Below, piece by piece: positions 48,408-51,598 of a DNA stretch of 51,598 bases. The notes under the pieces are model-generated. The model was not told the DNA's origin, did not search any database, and was given only the letters and a program-made list of their open reading frames with translations. Source of the DNA: Squatina squatina (Eukaryota). Location of the stretch: the NCBI GenBank assembly GCA_031763465.1, contig JARFOE010000001.1, positions 12,620,816-12,672,413 on the forward strand. Reading direction: 5' to 3'. Position 1 is the first letter of the stretch. The number at the start of each line of letters is the position of its first letter. Position numbers and translations under genes: made by a program.

Positions 48408-51400
48408 GTAAGGATATCAGTAGAATTTCTACTGCTGAGTTTGTTCTGCATTTTCTGACCACCATTGGCAAATCTGCCAGTGGGAAATAAAATGAACAGA
48501 CACTGCTGCTAACTCTTTAAGTGGGAGCACACCAGGTGAATGCCCACTTGCCTCTATTGGCAGCAATGCTCTGGCCTTCAGGTCAGGACCTGCCTCAGTA
48601 TTCCAGAGTACTTTTGATCCCCTCCAATGCCCACTCTTGCCTTCAATCTCCCTTCCTGCAGAGCCACTGCAGCAATGGGTGATAAAGGAGGAGGAAGGTG
48701 GTGGTGAAGAGGATGATGAGGATGAAGCCACTTGGGAGTTGCAGCTGCATGTTACTGCCAGTCCTCACAATAGGCCTGCAGCCATCCCCTCTCAGAGCAC
48801 CATGCCTGTGGAACATGGGAGGCGATGCTAAACTGCCCAAGGCACCCACTATAGATGCAGTCATACCTGCTCTTGAGTNNNNNNNNNNNNNNNNNNNNNN
48901 NNNNNNNNNNNNNNNNNNNNNNNNNNNNNNNNNNNNNNNNNNNNNNNNNNNNNNNNNNNNNNNNNNNNNNNNNNNNNNCAGTAGAACCTGTTCACTGGCA
49001 TTGCAGCTCCTAAGGTGTCAAAATAAGACCCTACTTAAGTACGGGAGCAATGCAAGCCAAACAGCAGTGTCAGAGTGCGCAGCCATCTTGTGATGCAGGC
49101 AAAATGATGAGGACTTCAAATAGCGTGTGTGACTTGACTCAACCATTACTGAAGGTTCTCCCAGCTGATGCAGTTTGACAAGGAAAGTTAAGACAATTAA
49201 TGATGCACTGGAAATCATGCAGTCTCACCTTAATTCCAGCAGCGCAGATATTAAAGAGAGCAATCACTTGGAAATTTTGTCCTGAGGTAAGAATAACATA
49301 ATTTTGAGGGAAACTAGTCGAAATTGAAAAGTTAGAGGTACAAGGGGCCATCCTTTCATTTTAACTTGTGTAGTACGAATGCTGACATGGTGAGAAGATG
49401 TGGCAGGAGGGAAGCAACATATTTATGAATGTTACCCATGAACAGGAAATGATGGATAATGGACAGGATGGTTGATTTTTATGTTGCTTCATATTTAAGA
49501 AATACATATTCTAACATACTGCTTAAAATATGATGCAACACACTGGCACACACTTGTTTAAGACAATGAAAATCTGGAAACGCATGAGTTTAAAATTCAC
49601 TGCTCAGACCGGTATAAGTCTGAAGGCCAAATGAATGTCACTTTCTTTTGCAATTAAGGCACCANNNNNNNNNNGAGAGGTTTCAAGCATATGAACTGCA
49701 TGGCTGACTTTGGCATAGATGACTGAGTATATACTGTGATCAATAAAGCAATTTAAGAATTGACCTACAAGACCTGGTAGGTAATGGATAAGGTAAAACA
49801 TGCTGGGTGTTTTCTTGGGAACAATGTGTATAGGGGAAGTATTGAAGCTTGTAAAGTATTGGGACAGGCAAATACTGCAAATCTCCCAGTAATTATCTTT
49901 CTGCTAGTATTCTTTTTAACAATGTGTTGGAATGGATTGAATTGTTTTGGAGATGTGAGTCTGGTNNNNNNNNNNNNNNNNNNNNNNNNNNNNNNNNNNN
50001 NNNNNNNNNNNNNNNNNNNNNNNNNNNNNNNNNNNNNNNNNNNNNNNNNNNNNNNNNNNNNNNNNGGCATACTTAATATGATTTAAGCACCACCTTATAA
50101 TTGGTGCCTGGTAATGGCAAATGTTTAGCACCATTTGCCCGATATAGATGGCTATCCAAGCTGAACAGGGCTAGGTTAAGCAGTGGAGACTGTACTTTAT
50201 TTGTTAAGTATTCTTGAGGCTTAGATGGGCAAGTGATATTAAGTTAGTGTTGACACTCATGTACCAGTTACCCAAATCCAACTGCCAGTTCCTGCTCACC
50301 CAATCTGAGTTGCTAATACACTGAGTCATGTTTATGTCATCAAAGCTGGAAACAGGAAGTGCCATCTAAATAAAATTCTACTGAGTGATACGCAGTCAAT
50401 AGGATCTACCTTTGTACTTAGTTAGCACCATAATTGCTTGTTATGCACAGTGACTGAGAGTGATTCACTGCCACTAATTTGAGCATCTTCTGCACATACC
50501 GTTTAATGTTTTTTATTCTCTGGAGCTCATGGAAAAAAAGCTATATTCCGAGTTAACATCATCACTATTAATGAGGCATCTGTTTGTGCAGGTCCAACCT
50601 GCCTCACTGGGGCAACGCATCAAGGAACTCATCCAGCTGCCAAACTAACTCATTGTATTGGATTTAATTTAGTGAAACTTGTCATTCAGAGATGTTTGTC
50701 ACTGCTGACAACATAGATGTATCTTCCACTGTGACAGAGTAACATGGATCAAAAGAGTATCTCATTAACCTTTGTTAAGAAAGGACATAGCCTGATGTCT
50801 TGCCAATTTATGTATCTGCACCACAAAGATTGTCTGTTGCCATAGGAGTACAAAAGAAATTACTTTTCAATTATGGACTACACATTCCAAATGTGATTTA
50901 GACATCATTTACTGAAGGTGGAATATAAATATGTTGATATCTAATGAATGAGTCCTGGAGCTGAGATTTATATGGTGNNNNNNNNNNNNNNNNNNNNNNN
51001 NNNNNNNNNNNNNNNNNNNNNNNNNNNNNNNNNNNNNNNNNNNNNNNNNNNNNNNNNNNNNNNNNNNNNNNNNNNNNATGCCTCCTTAAATTCATTGTTA
51101 CACATTATTTCAGCTTTTTGCACATGTGAAATGCTGAAATGACCAATTATGCTCGCAGAATGAAGACTAATGTTCAGTGATTATTTGTGGATAACAATTA
51201 ACAACAGTTGCAGGATTGTTACACCCTTAGTGTGTAGTCTGCAATACACAATGAAGCTATCATCGAGCTGCAGCAGTCTTCGCTCTGAAGCACAATTAAA
51301 TCTGCATGTCACAGTGGAACTGGTGCGAGCAAATAAATTTGAGCTTGTTTCTGATAAATGAACTGACAACTGCATCATCTCTTTGGGGCTCAGGAATTCC

Positions 51401-51598
51401 GTCATACCTTGATGCAAGAATGTTGCTTCAATAAATGGAGAATAATGAGAGGCCGCACTATCGGGGCTGCATTAGGCACCAAGAATGAGCACCAGCGCAA
51501 GCCTGATAGCTCGTACATGATACAAGCTTTCAGAAATCAATTGCAATGAGTTTCCTGCATTATGAGGTATGAAATTCTGAATATTTGTCCAAAGTACC

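Noticed and set aside
48510-48878. Acidic stretch (EEEGGGEEDDEDE) as a host exon or Harbinger transposase C-terminus
   Set aside because: No convincing splice sites or diagnostic motifs. It may be a decayed transposon remnant but cannot be assigned.
156-51417. Remaining short ORFs in the supplied track
   Set aside because: They are 60-170 aa, many read through N gaps or start at non-ATG codons, and none shows recognisable domains beyond the transposon fragments listed.

Overview
Eukaryotic, repeat-rich vertebrate DNA, most likely a cartilaginous fish (shark). This is inferred from SacSINE1/DeuSINE-type SINEs, CR1/HE1-type (TTCTATG)n tails and other shark-style repeats. The assembly is heavily fragmented (37 runs of 100 N and 5 runs of 10 N), so adjacency across gaps is unreliable. 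The only convincing host coding sequence is one 101-bp internal exon (48307-48407, +) of a PPP1R37/LRRC68-like leucine-rich-repeat gene; the rest looks intronic. Mobile DNA dominates: (i) two decayed copies of a two-gene PIF/Harbinger transposon (intron-containing Myb/SANT-like gene on +, HARBI1-type DDE transposase on -) at 34.8-38.4 kb, with further fragments at about 1.8-2.3 kb and 21.2 kb and several hairpin MITEs; (ii) L2, CR1-group and Tx1 LINE fragments; (iii) DeuSINEs; (iv) a Tc1/mariner-type end. The most unusual signals are a dispersed repeat whose consensus rebuilds a minimal hammerhead ribozyme (Penelope pLTR-like, one copy in an inverted pair), a 1.7-kb satellite of 31-bp monomers organised as a 311-bp 10-mer higher-order repeat, and a 460-bp nested imperfect palindrome. 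I found no CRISPR array, no rRNA or tRNA genes and no intact long ORF. Family names are from recognition of motifs, not database searches. I cannot claim a new biological system from the sequence alone.
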